From the NCBI GenBank assembly GCA_044220955.1, contig JBGAQA010000024.1:1-64000 (forward strand): 64,000 nucleotides of DNA, written 5' to 3'. The stretch comes from Sandaracinaceae bacterium (lineage in GTDB: Bacteria; Myxococcota_A; Polyangia; Polyangiales; Sandaracinaceae). The notes beneath the pieces are model-generated. The model was not told the DNA's origin. It saw nothing but the letters and a program-made list of their open reading frames with translations, and ran no database searches. The number at the start of each line of letters is the position of its first letter. The first letter of the stretch is position 1. Below are positions 9,032-18,977 of the stretch, piece after piece. Made by a program: the position numbers and the translations under genes.

Positions 9032-9676
9032 ATGGTGCCCGCGCTCGCAGAGGCCGGTGCGCTGCTCCCGCAGAGCTTCTTCGCGCGCGACGCCCTCGAG
9101 GTCGCGCGGGACCTGGTCGGGCGCGTCCTGGCGCGGGACGGCGCGATCGTCCGGATCACCGAGGTCGAGGCGTACCGGTACCCGGGCGACAGCGCGAGCC
9201 ACTGCCGGATGGGACGCACGCCCCGCAACGCGCCGATGTGGGGCCCGCCCGGGCACGCCTACGTGTACCTCTGCTACGGGATGCACTCGATGCTGAACCT
9301 CGTGACGAACGCCGAGGGGGAAGGAGCCGCCGTGCTCGTCCGGGCGGTCGAGCCGCTGGCGGGGCACGCGGTCCTCTCCGAGCGGCGCGGGGGCCGCCTC
9401 GACCTCGCCGGCCCTGGCAAGGTGGCCGCCGCGCTCGGGCTGACCACCTCGTGGAGCGGCCACGCGGTCTACGCCGAAGGCGGACTCGAGTGCCGCCAGG
9501 GCTCGCCGCCGGCGCGCCTGCTCGTGGGCCCTCGGGTCGGGATCGACTACGCTACGGCGCGCGATCGCAGGGCGCTCTATCGCTTCGCCGATCCGGAATC
9601 GAAGTCCGTCACCGTCCGCCGCACGTTGCGACCGGGACGCAGGAGCCACCGATGCCCCCCACCACCACGTCCGTAG
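9032..9676 (+). CDS. mpg: DNA-3-methyladenine glycosylase (AAG/MPG family)
   Basis: ARDLVGRVL, RITEVEAY, DSASH, GHAYVYLCYGMH, AVLVRAVEP, GPGKV, RVGI. Start at MVPAL, after the tRNA. Confidence 0.92.
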   Translation: MVPALAEAGALLPQSFFARDALEVARDLVGRVLARDGAIVRITEVEAYRYPGDSASHCRMGRTPRNAPMWGPPGHAYVYLCYGMHSMLNLVTNAEGEGAAVLVRAVEPLAGHAVLSERRGGRLDLAGPGKVAAALGLTTSWSGHAVYAEGGLECRQGSPPARLLVGPRVGIDYATARDRRALYRFADPESKSVTVRRTLRPGRRSHRCPPPPRP

Positions 9677-10050
9677 CTCTCACCGACGGAATCCGCGTCT
9701 CGGTCACGTCGCGCTACGTCCCCGAGCAGTCCGCGCCGCGGCTGGGTCGGTACGTGTGGTCGTACACCATCCGGATCACGAACGAGGGCACGTCGGCCGC
9801 GCGCCTCTCGAGCCGCCACTGGATCATCACCGACGCCCACGGCAAGATCGAAGAGGTCCGCGGCCCCGGCGTCGTCGGCGAGCAGCCGCACCTGCCGCCC
9901 GGGCAGACCTTCCAGTACACCAGCGGCTGCATGCTGGCGACCGTGCGTGGCACGATGCACGGCACCTACCAGATGGTGCGCGACGACGGCAGCGCGTTCG
10001 ACGCGGAGATCGCGAAGTTCGCCCTCGAGCTGCCGGTCACCCTGAACTGA
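9652..10050 (+). CDS. apaG: ApaG (Co2+/Mg2+ efflux-associated)
   Basis: YTIRITNEG, RHWIITD, EVRGPGVVGEQP, YTSG, GTMHGTYQM. AGGAG RBS upstream. Confidence 0.95.
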   Translation: MPPTTTSVALTDGIRVSVTSRYVPEQSAPRLGRYVWSYTIRITNEGTSAARLSSRHWIITDAHGKIEEVRGPGVVGEQPHLPPGQTFQYTSGCMLATVRGTMHGTYQMVRDDGSAFDAEIAKFALELPVTLN

Positions 10051-10905
10051 CTACGCCACCAGATCGAGCGCCAGGTCGTCGAGCTGCTCGCGGAGCTTCG
10101 CCTTGGCGCGGGCCTCGAGCTGGCGCGCGCGCTCGCGCGAGACGCCGAGCTCGCGCCCGATCTCGGCCAGGGACACCTCTTCGTCGCCCATGTACCGCTG
10201 CTGGACGATGTAGCGCTCGCGCTCGTCGAGCCGCGACAGCGCGCTTGCGAGGCGCTCCTTCACGCGGCCGTCGGTCTCGTGGATGGCCGTGGCCTGCTCG
10301 GGCGTCGCCGCGTCGTCCTCGAGAGCGTCGAGCATCGTCACTCCGGACTCCGGGTGGATGGGCTGGTCGAGCGAGACGTCCCGCGCGTCGAGGCGCCGGA
10401 GCATCTCTTCCATCTTCTCCTCGCTCGTCTCGAAGCGCTGCGCGAGCAGCGCGTTTCGCTCGCCGGCGTCCTCGACGAGGTTGCCGATGCGCGCACGCTC
10501 GCGGCGCAGGCGGAAGAAGAGCTTGCTCCGCAGCGGTCCGGACCCGGCACCGACCATCGTCGAGGCGCGAACGATGAGGTCGAGGATGAGGGCGCGGATC
10601 CAGTAGCCAGCATAGGTGACGAAGCGGGTGCCGCGCTCGGGGTCGAACTTCCCGGCCGCGATCATCAGCCCGAGGTTGCCCTCCGCGATGAGGTCGGCGA
10701 CCCGGATGCCGTACCGGCGGTAGGACAGCGCGATCGCCACCACGAAGCGCATGTTCGCGCGGACGAGCGCCTGACGCGCGCTGCCGTCGCCGGCCGCGGC
10801 ACGCACGGCGATGGCGTGCTCGGTCTCTCGATCGAGGACGGGGATCGCACGGACCCGGCTGATGTAGTGGGAGGTCCCGATGTCGCTCGCGAACGCGTTG
10901 GTCAT
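10051..10905 (-). CDS. Alternative sigma70-family factor, RpoH-like (myxobacterial SigB/C/E-like)
   Basis: ANMRFVV, DLIAEGNLGLM, KFDPERGTRFVTYAGYWIRA, KLFFRLRR RpoH-box-like segment, region 4 LAEIGRELGVSRERARQLE. Confidence 0.9.
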   Translation of the reverse strand: MTNAFASDIGTSHYISRVRAIPVLDRETEHAIAVRAAAGDGSARQALVRANMRFVVAIALSYRRYGIRVADLIAEGNLGLMIAAGKFDPERGTRFVTYAGYWIRALILDLIVRASTMVGAGSGPLRSKLFFRLRRERARIGNLVEDAGERNALLAQRFETSEEKMEEMLRRLDARDVSLDQPIHPESGVTMLDALEDDAATPEQATAIHETDGRVKERLASALSRLDERERYIVQQRYMGDEEVSLAEIGRELGVSRERARQLEARAKAKLREQLDDLALDLVA

Positions 10906-10983
10906 CCACAGAGCTTACGTAACGTTATGTCAGCGGCAACCACCCATTTTGACGTCGAGGCATGTGCCAATCATATCGCAATG

Positions 10984-11014
10984 AAAACGGCCGCTTTCGC
11001 CAGAAAGCGGCCGT
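10984..11014 (-). terminator. Rho-independent terminator downstream of erpA
   Basis: 12-bp stem ACGGCCGCTTTC/GAAAGCGGCCGT with a 4-nt loop, followed by a T run on the minus strand. Confidence 0.75.
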
Positions 11015-11054
11015 CGGCATCCACTGAGCCATCTGTCCCGCTAGGTGATGGATG

Positions 11055-11378
11055 CTACGCGGAGAAGCTCGATCCGCACCCGCAGGTGCTCTTGGCGTTC
11101 GGGTTGCCGAACTTGAAGCCGGCGCCGTGGAGCCCCTCGACGTAGTCGATCTCGGTCCCCTCGAGGTACTGGTAGCTCATCATGTCGACGAAGAGCTTGA
11201 TCCCGAGCGACTCGAACTCCTGGTCGAGATCGGTCGTCTCGTCCTCGAAGAACAGGTCGTAGGTGAACCCGGAGCAGCCGCCCCCGATGACACGGACGCG
11301 CAGGCCTTGCTCCCCGAGGCCCTCCGCCTCGCGGATCTCCTTCACTTTCGCGGCTGCCTTCTCGGTGAGCTGGATCAT
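11055..11378 (-). CDS. erpA: A-type Fe-S cluster carrier (HesB/IscA/ErpA)
   Basis: LRVRVIGGGCSGFTY, LEGTEIDY, NPNAKSTCGCGSSFS. Confidence 0.9.
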   Translation of the reverse strand: MIQLTEKAAAKVKEIREAEGLGEQGLRVRVIGGGCSGFTYDLFFEDETTDLDQEFESLGIKLFVDMMSYQYLEGTEIDYVEGLHGAGFKFGNPNAKSTCGCGSSFSA

Positions 11379-11405
11379 GTTCACTCCTCTCCAGCTATTA
11401 TAGGG

Positions 11406-11954
11406 TCAGCGCCCCGGATCGCCAGAGGGTGCCCATGCCGCGAAGCGCTCGCCCAACATGCGGCAGAGGTCTTCGAGCCGCTCCTGATCCAGCGCGTCGA
11501 ACGCAGCGGGCTCGTTCGAGTCGACGTCCAGCACGGCCAGGACGCGACCGTCCGGCGTCAAGACCGGGACGACGATCTCGGACCGGGTGCTGCTGGCGCA
11601 CGCGATGTGGCCCGGAAACGCCTCGACGTCCGGCACCAGCTGCGTTCGCTTCGTCCGGGCGGCCGCCCCGCACACACCCCGCGCGACGTCGATCCGGAGG
11701 CAGCCGTGGGTCCCCTGGTAGGGTCCGACGACCAGCAGGCGCTCGCTCACGGCGCGGTAGAAGCCCGTCCAGTGGAAGTGGGAGAACGCGTGCGAGAGCT
11801 CGCACACGACCGTCGCCATGGTGGCGATCCAGTCGTCCTCGCCCTCGAGGAGCGCGTCGAGCGCCGCGCGCGCGCGATCGTAGCGCGCGGCCCGCGCGGG
11901 GGTTCCCGCGTCGTGGCCGACGGGGGGCTCGAAGGATGCGCTGACCTCGCTCAT
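11406..11954 (-). CDS. GAF domain protein, free methionine-(R)-sulfoxide reductase (MsrC)-like
   Basis: WTGFY, GPYQG..GC..I...GVCG, VPDVEAFPGHIAC, SEIVVP, VLDVDS. Confidence 0.85.
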   Translation of the reverse strand: MSEVSASFEPPVGHDAGTPARAARYDRARAALDALLEGEDDWIATMATVVCELSHAFSHFHWTGFYRAVSERLLVVGPYQGTHGCLRIDVARGVCGAAARTKRTQLVPDVEAFPGHIACASSTRSEIVVPVLTPDGRVLAVLDVDSNEPAAFDALDQERLEDLCRMLGERFAAWAPSGDPGR

Positions 11955-11966
11955 GCGCTCCTCATC

Positions 11967-12614
11967 CTAGGGCCGCGCGAGGCCGCAGCGGGAGAGGATC
12001 GTCTCGACGAACCGGCGGCGCAGATAGAACGCGCGGGGCAGGGCGAGCACGGGCGCCTCGTCGTCCCCGGTGGCGCGCCAGCGGCTTGCCGCGGTCGCGG
12101 CCTTGGGGCGCACCTGCATGAGCTGGCCGTGGCGCGCCGAGACGTGCTCGTGGCCGTGCGCTCGCAAGAGGCCCGCGAGCTCGGTCCAGTCGCTCGCGAG
12201 CGCGCGATCCTGCTCGTCGTCCGGCGACCAGAGGAACGCCGAGCCGATGCGGCGCGCGCCCGTCTGCTCGATCGGGACGAAGAGCACACGCGCGAGCTTC
12301 GCGTACGGCGCCGACTCCAGCCACGTGCGATCGAGACCCTCGCGCGGGACCATGCAGACGAAGGTGCTCTCGCGCGGCGCGCCGCGCGCGTCGACCGGCG
12401 TCGTCTTGACCTCGATGCCGAGCTCGGGAGCGTCGGGGCCGGCGCCGCGCGCCGCGAGGCCCAGCGCGCGCTCGACGAGCGAGCCCGCGTAGCCCTTGTG
12501 TCCGGGGCTCGCCGGCGCGCGTCCCAGTGCGGCGCCGACCTCGGCGACGGTTCGCCCGGCCAGCGAGAGCGCGCGCTCGAGCAGCTCGTTCTCGCTCGCG
12601 GGCTCGCCCAGCAT
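11967..12614 (-). CDS. mutH: MutH/Sau3AI family endonuclease (MutH-like)
   Basis: HKGYAG.LVE..LG, PD....GIEVKT.P (D-E-K triad), ESTFVC, FLWSP, QVRPKAA, LPRAFYLRR.F. Start at MLGEP. Confidence 0.85.
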   Translation of the reverse strand: MLGEPASENELLERALSLAGRTVAEVGAALGRAPASPGHKGYAGSLVERALGLAARGAGPDAPELGIEVKTTPVDARGAPRESTFVCMVPREGLDRTWLESAPYAKLARVLFVPIEQTGARRIGSAFLWSPDDEQDRALASDWTELAGLLRAHGHEHVSARHGQLMQVRPKAATAASRWRATGDDEAPVLALPRAFYLRRRFVETILSRCGLARP

Positions 12615-12615
12615 G

Positions 12616-13740
12616 TCAGTGCGGCAGTGCCTCGGGGATCGCCGCCGCGCCGACCGGGATCGGCCCCGCCTCGACGGGGTAGCCCTGCTCGATCCACCAG
12701 GGGATTCCCTCGTCGAGGATCGCGGTGTGCGTGAAGCCGCGCCGTCGGAGCTCGTCCACCACGTGGCCCGATGCGGCGTGGGGACACGCGCAATAGGCGA
12801 TGATCCACGTGCCATCGGTCGGCAGGTGCGCGGCGAGCGTGTCGACGTCGTAGAACGGGAAGGGCGCCGCGCCGCGAACGTGCGAGCGCCCCCAGTCGGT
12901 CGGGGCTCGCGCGTCGAGGATGACCATTCGTGCGCTGCGCTCCATCGCCTCGCGCACGGCGCGTCCGGCGACGAAACGGTCCTCGCGCAGCTCGAAGCCC
13001 GGATCCGGGCCCTCGGGGTTCATCACGAGGTGGTCGAGATCCGGCGGCGGGCCGCCCATCGGCACGGCGGGCGTCGTCGCCCCGGGAACGAGCGCGCGCA
13101 CGTAGCTCGTGACGTCGTCGATGGTGGCCGAGTCGAGGGTGTCGCCGAACGCGACCATCGGCGTCCCGCGACGGCCGTGCTCGATGGTGTACCGGATGTA
13201 GCCGACCGATGCCGTCCGCAGGAACACCGGGTTGCGGAGCTGCGGCGCCGTGATGCCTTCACCCTGCGTTCCATGGCACGCGGCGCAGCGCGTCTGGAAC
13301 GCGGTCTCGCCGAGCTCGCGCCGCCCCGAGACGCTCACGTGCGTGAGGTCGATCGGAGCGGTCGTGGCCCAGCTCCGCATGAACGCGATGATGCCGTCGA
13401 TGTCGGCCTCGCTGAGCGGGCCACCGCGCGAGCTCGCCCACGACGACATCGGCGTGCCGGGCCGCCCCTCCTCGATCGCGGCACGCAAGTAGGCGTCGCT
13501 CGCGGCGTCGAGGAAGTCCGGGTTCGACAGCGCGGGCGCGTTGTCGGCGACGTACCCCTCACCGGTTGCGCCGTGGCAGAGCGCGCAGTGGGTCGCGTAG
13601 ACGGCCCGTCCGAGCCCGGCCGACTCGGCGTCGACGGGCGGCACCTCGGGCGGGGGCGCCGCCGACGAGGGCTCGGGGCTCGCGCACGCCGCCAGGAGCC
13701 AGCCGATCCCGAACCCGAACCCGAGCGCGCGCAGCCGCAT
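12616..13740 (-). CDS. Lipoprotein: di-heme cytochrome c fused to a rhodanese domain
   Basis: Lipobox LAAC, CALCH and CAACH each followed by G(R)xGTPM (axial Met), then ILDAR..HVRGA, YCACPH and LDEGIPWW rhodanese motifs. Confidence 0.85.
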   Translation of the reverse strand: MRLRALGFGFGIGWLLAACASPEPSSAAPPPEVPPVDAESAGLGRAVYATHCALCHGATGEGYVADNAPALSNPDFLDAASDAYLRAAIEEGRPGTPMSSWASSRGGPLSEADIDGIIAFMRSWATTAPIDLTHVSVSGRRELGETAFQTRCAACHGTQGEGITAPQLRNPVFLRTASVGYIRYTIEHGRRGTPMVAFGDTLDSATIDDVTSYVRALVPGATTPAVPMGGPPPDLDHLVMNPEGPDPGFELREDRFVAGRAVREAMERSARMVILDARAPTDWGRSHVRGAAPFPFYDVDTLAAHLPTDGTWIIAYCACPHAASGHVVDELRRRGFTHTAILDEGIPWWIEQGYPVEAGPIPVGAAAIPEALPH

Positions 13741-13817
13741 CAGCGCGCGCAAGCTAACGCGCCTCGACGCGCCCGTCACGAGCGCTATGTTCGGAGTCGC
13801 GATTCGTTCTTTCTCAA

Positions 13818-14193
13818 GGGGGTGTCACGGTATCGACGAGGGCAGTGAAACGTCGAGCTGCGTGCCGCCGGACTCGGAGACGGCGTCAAAAACATCCGGG
13901 AACCTGTAAGTGCGAACGACAGCACCTACGCTGTTGCGGCCTGAGTAAGGCTTAGCGACGGCCGTCGAAGGGAAGAGCCCGCCAGTGCTCTCCTGGAGGC
14001 GTAATCGAACTGGCTGGCTCCTCCCGTGCGACTGCGGGAAGGGGCGAGAATCCGGTCTTCATACCGGGCCAGTCGCTGGCGGTTCAGGTAGCCCGTCCGT
14101 GGGGGACCTGCATCGCGACGAAAAACGCGGACTACGCACGTAGTGGCTCGACCGGATCGCCTTCGGACCCGGGTTCGACTCCCGGCGCCTCCA
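13818..14193 (+). ncRNA. ssrA: tmRNA, tag peptide ANDSTYAVAA (13912..13944)
   Basis: 5' GGGGGTGTCACGGTATCGAC, 3' CCCGGGTTCGACTCCCGGCGCCTCCA with G3-U wobble acceptor, and the resume codon GCG followed by an ANDSTYAVAA-TGA tag. Confidence 0.96.
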
Positions 14194-14197
14194 GACC

Positions 14198-14239
14198 CGA
14201 AGAGACGGGCTCCACTCTGCGGTGGAGCCCGTCTTTTTC
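14198..14239 (+). terminator. Rho-independent terminator after ssrA
   Basis: AGACGGGCTCCAC/GTGGAGCCCGTCT stem followed by a T run. Confidence 0.85.
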
Positions 14240-14292
14240 GCGCGATTCTTCGTGCGAACCCGCGGCGCGCCTGGCGCGTCTATAGTCGGGCG

Positions 14293-15480
14293 ATGAGCTC
14301 GTGGCGCGCGCGACTGGCCTTGCTCGGGCTCCTGGTGCTCGGGGCATGCGAGCACCGGCCAGCGGAGCGGCAGGCCACGACCACGAGCGGAGGCGACGAG
14401 CGAGCGCGGGAGCTCGAGGCGCAGCACGAGGAGCGGCCGGCGGGGTCCTCGGGCGCGGTGAGCGGGGAAGCGACGGGGTACCGCGTCGACCTCGAGGCGA
14501 CCGAGGACGTCACCGCAGGCCGGCGCGTCGTGACCGAGGAGGAGGCGCCGCCGGCGCCGGCGGACGTTCCCGTGGAAGCGACCGAGTCGCCCTCGCCGCC
14601 CTCGCCGTCGTACGACGACTCCATGAGCCTCTCGGTGCAGTCGATGGGCACGAGCAGTGGGTCGAGCGCGACGACGATCGACCTCCCGAACATCGGCTTG
14701 CCGTCGGCGCGGGAGCCCTCGCCCATCGAGCTCGTGGGGTACGCGATCGCGCCGAGCGTGCCGACGCGCGTGCTGCTCGGCACCCTCGAGCTGCCGCCCG
14801 GCGAGCGCTTCGTGCCGCCGGTCTCGTCGTGCCAGGACACGCTGCTCTACGTGTCCGCCGGCACGCTCGACGCGAGCGGCACCGGCATCGCGAGCGTCGA
14901 CGCGCCCGCGACGCTCTACGCAGGCGATGCGGTGCGCTTCGGCCCCGAGGGGGATGGGCTCGTGGTGAACACGAGCAGCGAGCCGGTGCGGACGATCGTC
15001 GCGCTCGCACGCTCGGAGGACGGCGGCCCGGCTCGCGTCGCCGTCGACGAGCGCGGCGATCGCGTGCTCTGTCCCGATCACGGCGCGAGCGATCCCCTCT
15101 CGCGCCCGCAGCGCGCGGCGTCGTTCGCGACGAGCCCGCCGCTCGTGGTGATGGACGGCGCGCTCGAGGTGCGGATCCTGCTCGACGCCGACGCGGCGGG
15201 CGCCGAGCACGCGGGCCTCGCGGTGCTCACCGGCGCCTCGAGCTTCGCCGTCCCCGAGCACGTGCACGACGCGGCGGCCGAGATCCTCTACTTCGAGGAG
15301 GGGCGTGGCACGATGCACGTCGGCGATCACGACGTGCAGGTCGCTCCGGGCGTGACGGTCTACGTGGCGGAGGGCACGCCGCACTCCTTCGAGCCCAGCG
15401 GCGCGCAGGGGATGCGCGCGCTCCAGTTCTACGCGCCGAGCGGTCCCGAGCAGCGCTTCCGAGGGATGGCGGCGGAGTAG
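14293..15480 (+). CDS. Lipoprotein with low-complexity linker and tandem cupin domains
   Basis: Lipobox LGAC. C-terminal cupin has PEHVH...EILY..G.G...PH metal motif, while the N-proximal cupin lacks the His ligands. Confidence 0.7.
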   Translation: MSSWRARLALLGLLVLGACEHRPAERQATTTSGGDERARELEAQHEERPAGSSGAVSGEATGYRVDLEATEDVTAGRRVVTEEEAPPAPADVPVEATESPSPPSPSYDDSMSLSVQSMGTSSGSSATTIDLPNIGLPSAREPSPIELVGYAIAPSVPTRVLLGTLELPPGERFVPPVSSCQDTLLYVSAGTLDASGTGIASVDAPATLYAGDAVRFGPEGDGLVVNTSSEPVRTIVALARSEDGGPARVAVDERGDRVLCPDHGASDPLSRPQRAASFATSPPLVVMDGALEVRILLDADAAGAEHAGLAVLTGASSFAVPEHVHDAAAEILYFEEGRGTMHVGDHDVQVAPGVTVYVAEGTPHSFEPSGAQGMRALQFYAPSGPEQRFRGMAAE

Positions 15481-15512
15481 GGGCGAGAGCGAGACGGCGC
15501 CCCGCGTGCTAG

Positions 15513-17655
<2,143 letters not shown>

Positions 17656-17677
<22 letters not shown>

Positions 17678-18051
17678 TCCATCCGGAGGGGCGGTCCGAG
17701 GACGATCGACGCCACGTCGAAGCGCACGTCGACGCGCGGTCCCTCGCGCGCCGCGAGCCAGCCGAGCGCGGCGCGGCGCACTCGCTCGATCTTGCGTCGA
17801 TCGATGCTCTCGTACGGCGCGGCGATCCCGCTGTTCACGCGCGCGCGTACCTCGCAGAACACCACGAGGCTGCCGCGCTGCGCGATGACGTCGAGCTCGA
17901 GGCGGCCGACACGGACGTTGCGCCCGACGATCGCGAAGCCTCGCCGCTCGAGCTCGGCGGCGGCGATCGCCTCGGCGCGATCGCCGGTCGCCTTCGTGGT
18001 GCGCGGGTCGGGAGCGCGAGCGCTCAGCGACAGTGATGGGACTCGTCGCAC
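17656..18051 (-). CDS. yraN: YraN family (UPF0102) nuclease-like protein
   Basis: G..AE..A...L.RRGF.IV.RN.R....ELDVIA....LVVFCEVRAR, RFDVA. Start uncertain (GTG at 18051 or CTG at 18027). Confidence 0.85.
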
Positions 18052-18590
18052 GTCCCGAGCGTCGAGCCGAGGGTGACGCACTCCGCGTCGCTGTTGCAGA
18101 TGCCGGCTTGCAGCGCGAGCGCATCGAGGACGCAGTAGCCGCCGCCCGGGTCCGTGTCCGGAATGCAGCGATAGCCCTGGGTGCACTGGCAGAGCGGCAG
18201 CGAGGCGTTGCCGCCGGCGCTGCAGCGGCACGTGCAGAAGACGCGATCGGGGCTGTTGTCGTCGATCTGAACGTTGGCCGGATCGTCGACCTGGACGCAG
18301 AGGTTGTCTCCGTCCGGAGCCACGCACGAGTTGCCCGGTGCCGGCGGCCGTCCGCAGTCCGCGTCGACGCCCGAGGTGCACTCGGGGTTGCCCGTCAGGT
18401 GGAAGACCATGCAGACGCGCGTGCGGCACTGCACCGAGCTCGTCTCGACGTACACCTCGTTTGCGACGAAGCCATCGCTCGGGATCGACTCCGGCGTGCA
18501 GGGGTCGCCCTGCCCGCTCGGGGCGCAGCCCGCGCCGACGACCGACACACCAAGACTCACCAGCGTCACGAGGATCGCACTGGCCCGCAT
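18024..18590 (-). CDS. Cys-rich lipoprotein, CglC/GltK-like gliding protein
   Basis: Lipobox GAGC, GDPC, E.SSVQC.TRVC, many paired Cys, GGYC. Divergent from gltC. Confidence 0.6.
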   Translation of the reverse strand: MRASAILVTLVSLGVSVVGAGCAPSGQGDPCTPESIPSDGFVANEVYVETSSVQCRTRVCMVFHLTGNPECTSGVDADCGRPPAPGNSCVAPDGDNLCVQVDDPANVQIDDNSPDRVFCTCRCSAGGNASLPLCQCTQGYRCIPDTDPGGGYCVLDALALQAGICNSDAECVTLGSTLGTCDESHHCR

Positions 18591-18665
18591 CACCGACTCC
18601 TGACTTCCGTGGTTCATCGCGCGTGGGTCGCTCGCTCGGAGCGCACCCGACCGCGACGAAGCGGG

Positions 18666-18695
18666 ACCGTAGGTTGGGCGCGATGATCGTGTCAA
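18666..18695 (-). promoter_or_regulatory. Putative sigma70 promoter for the gltK-like gene and yraN
   Basis: Minus strand TTGACA-N18-TACGGT. Confidence 0.5.
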
Positions 18696-18869
18696 GGCAT
18701 GTCGCGCGCGTCGCCACGCCCGGTGCTCGAACGGTCCTTCGATCACGATGACCTCCATCCGCCGGACACCCGCACGAGCCGATCCAGCGCGGCAACCGCG
18801 GCGCGCTCGATCGAGCTCGCCAACTGCGTTGGCGACCGGCGACGGCCGCGCGCGACGAGCAGATCGCTA

Positions 18870-18899
18870 TTGACAACGAGCACCCGGCCTCACTAATAT
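18870..18899 (+). promoter_or_regulatory. Putative sigma70 promoter for gltC
   Basis: TTGACA-N18-TAATAT. Confidence 0.6.
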
Positions 18900-18977
18900 C
18901 CGCGACCATTGCCACGTAAGCGCTCGATTTTCTTCCGGTTTTTGTCGAAGCGAGCTGACTACTCAATGAGGCGTGCC

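Noticed and set aside
13818..14293. tmRNA as an integration site for a genomic island
   Set aside because: No integrase, no duplicated 3' end of ssrA seen, and the downstream genes are host-like.
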